Shown: positions 62,342-64,000 of the stretch, piece by piece
Layout of the letters: the number at the start of each line of letters is the position of its first letter
How positions within the stretch are numbered: the first letter of the stretch is position 1
NCBI GenBank assembly: GCA_965644295.1
Contig: CBFFRP010000089.1
Location: forward strand, 76,359-140,358
From: Paraphysomonas bandaiensis
Taxonomy: Eukaryota > Protista > Chrysophyceae
Reading direction: 5' to 3'
Length of the DNA stretch: 64,000 nt
Position numbers and translations under genes: made by a program
Notes under the pieces: model-generated
Databases searched by the model: none
Told to the model about the DNA's origin: nothing
What the model saw: only the letters and a program-made list of their open reading frames with translations

Positions 62342-62779
62342 ATGATCGAATTGAGACAACGGTTGCGTGGATATGAACTTGTCAATACCGAAGAAGATAT
62401 TGATTCCACACCTGATTTCAGCGGGCCGCCTGTGTCTTCTAAAGAATTTGTGACCAGTAGGCCGCAATCACAAACATGTTAGTAAATACTACAAACCCAT
62501 CATATTGATCCTCATTAATTCAGTACAGGTTACTGGATATTGGTGTATTTTTCTCTGTCTGGAGTCGTCTTTTTATCAGTTATTGCATATTTGTTGAAGT
62601 CGAATTCGCTGTACATTAAAGTTGCCCCAGAAAATGAATCAAGAAAAAAACAGCTCGGGGATGGAGTTATAGGAGCCATTGTAATGTATATTGTTACAGC
62701 TGCTTTAGTCTTAGTACATATGTATAGATCTAGTAAGGAGCATTACAGGGTGCAAAGTAGTTCTGAACGTACAGCATAG
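62342..62779 (+). CDS. two-TM protein resembling V-ATPase subunit f / RNASEK
   Basis: Exons 62342-62477 and 62529-62779 join in frame; C....FSLSGVVFLSVIAYL...AIVMY pattern. Confidence 0.6.
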
Positions 62780-63071
62780 GTATAGCATGTATTACGCAAA
62801 TAGAGTATTAGTTTTGGCCTGCGTACTAAGCATGGCAATTAAGGCGTTGCTTTTTTTATTGCGTCCGCGAATTTGTTCAGACAAAAACAATACCTCTATA
62901 GCAACCATAGAATGCATTCACTTCCACAATATCATTATAATATAGCTATAAGTATACAGGCATTAGTAAGCCATTACAAATTATAAGATAGCTCAGAATG
63001 CTAGAAAAACACGTCTAGACGGCACAGTCGGCTTCGTGTTGAGTGTTGAGAATAAATGATAAATAATCATG

Positions 63072-64000
63072 CTACTAAAAAAAACGAAGGGAAGGGACAA
63101 GGACAAGCCTTTTTCTACCCCAACCCCTCAAGGGGCCTCTTCTCTTCGAGTGTTTCCAATTACAACCTTCGGTTGTAATTCCTTCTCTTTGTAAGTTTAA
63201 CTTATAACTTATTATTAATAAGTTATAATTACTTTATATATTATTTATATTCTTAAATAAAATTAATAACTTTATATATTATTTATATTGTTATAATAAA
63301 AAGTAATATAGATAACAAAGTAGATTTAATAAGTAGATTTAATAGTAGATATAGAGAGAGGGAAAAATTAAAATGAAAAATAATTTAAATTTGTAAGGTT
63401 TGTAAAACCCCGGGATTCTACCATAAAAACTACTTATTAAATCTACTTTGTTATCTATATGACTTTTTTATAATAATGTATAATGGCAATGCTTAAAGCT
63501 CTGGAATGTAGTTGTAGTGATATAATGGCGAAGCTTTAAGCAAAAACTCATAAAACCTTGAATTCTAATTTAAATATAGAATATAATAATGTAATGCTAT
63601 ATTATATATAGATGTCAATTTATACAAAGCCGAAAACAAGCAATAATGCCATTTTCAATGCAGAAAATCATAAACAGATTGAAAATATATATAAAATGGT
63701 TTAAAAAGAAATTATTATATACATATATATATATATTACAATGGCTGAAGAATGGAAAGTGATTGATGGATACAACAATAATTATAGTATATCAAATAAA
63801 GGAAATGTAAAGAACAATAATACAGATAAGATATTAAAACCTAGATTAGGCAGACATGGTTATTACAGATTGAACTTACGTCTGAATAAAAAGCAAAAAA
63901 CAGTTGAGATTCATCGATTAGTTGCAATGGCTTTTATACCTAATCCCGATAACAAATCATGTGTAGATCATATAAATAATAACATAATAGACAACAATAT
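63072..64000. mobile_element. probable left end of an AT-rich endogenous viral element or large DNA transposon (boundary approximate)
   Basis: Abrupt shift to very AT-rich DNA, clustered hairpins and repeats, and an intronless phage-like gene. Confidence 0.6.
63741..64000 (+). CDS. NUMOD4 + HNH homing-endonuclease-like protein (runs off the window; absent from the ORF track)
   Basis: MAEEWKVIDGYNNNYSISNKGNVKN...GYYRLNL...IHRLVAMAFIPNPDNKSCVDHINNNIIDNN. Confidence 0.92.
   Translation, partial: MAEEWKVIDGYNNNYSISNKGNVKNNNTDKILKPRLGRHGYYRLNLRLNKKQKTVEIHRLVAMAFIPNPDNKSCVDHINNNIIDNN

Overview
Gene-dense eukaryotic nuclear DNA with very short GT-AG introns (about 43-57 nt where I could delimit them). 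It is probably a protist; a stramenopile or chrysophyte identity is inference, not proven. About 23 host genes are present: ARPC3, Sec1/Munc18, a tomosyn/Sro7-like R-SNARE protein, PFDN2, LSM6, DapF, two alpha/beta hydrolases, CDC26, CDC16, a Cmk-like kinase, AP-2 mu, a vWA-alpha-kinase, an OTU protease with a long ER/K helix, a GT34-TPR fusion, a PH protein and others. Twenty of them sit in ten head-to-head pairs, and mobile DNA sits almost entirely outside those pairs. Four observations stand out. (1) A high-copy (at least 9 copies in 64 kb) TSD-flanked ~450-bp non-coding retroposon whose 5' end folds as an R2-type HDV-like ribozyme, including ~100-125-bp mini-derivatives and a longer 5'-truncated candidate partner. 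(2) A 74-aa acidic ubiquitin-like domain fused through Gly-Gly to ribosomal protein eL41. (3) A Copia remnant rearranged into a 440-bp-arm foldback, with TA...TA LTR termini. (4) At the right edge, an AT-rich, hairpin-rich segment carrying a phage-like NUMOD4-HNH endonuclease, probably the end of an endogenous viral element. All family assignments come from motif recognition by eye; no searches were run.
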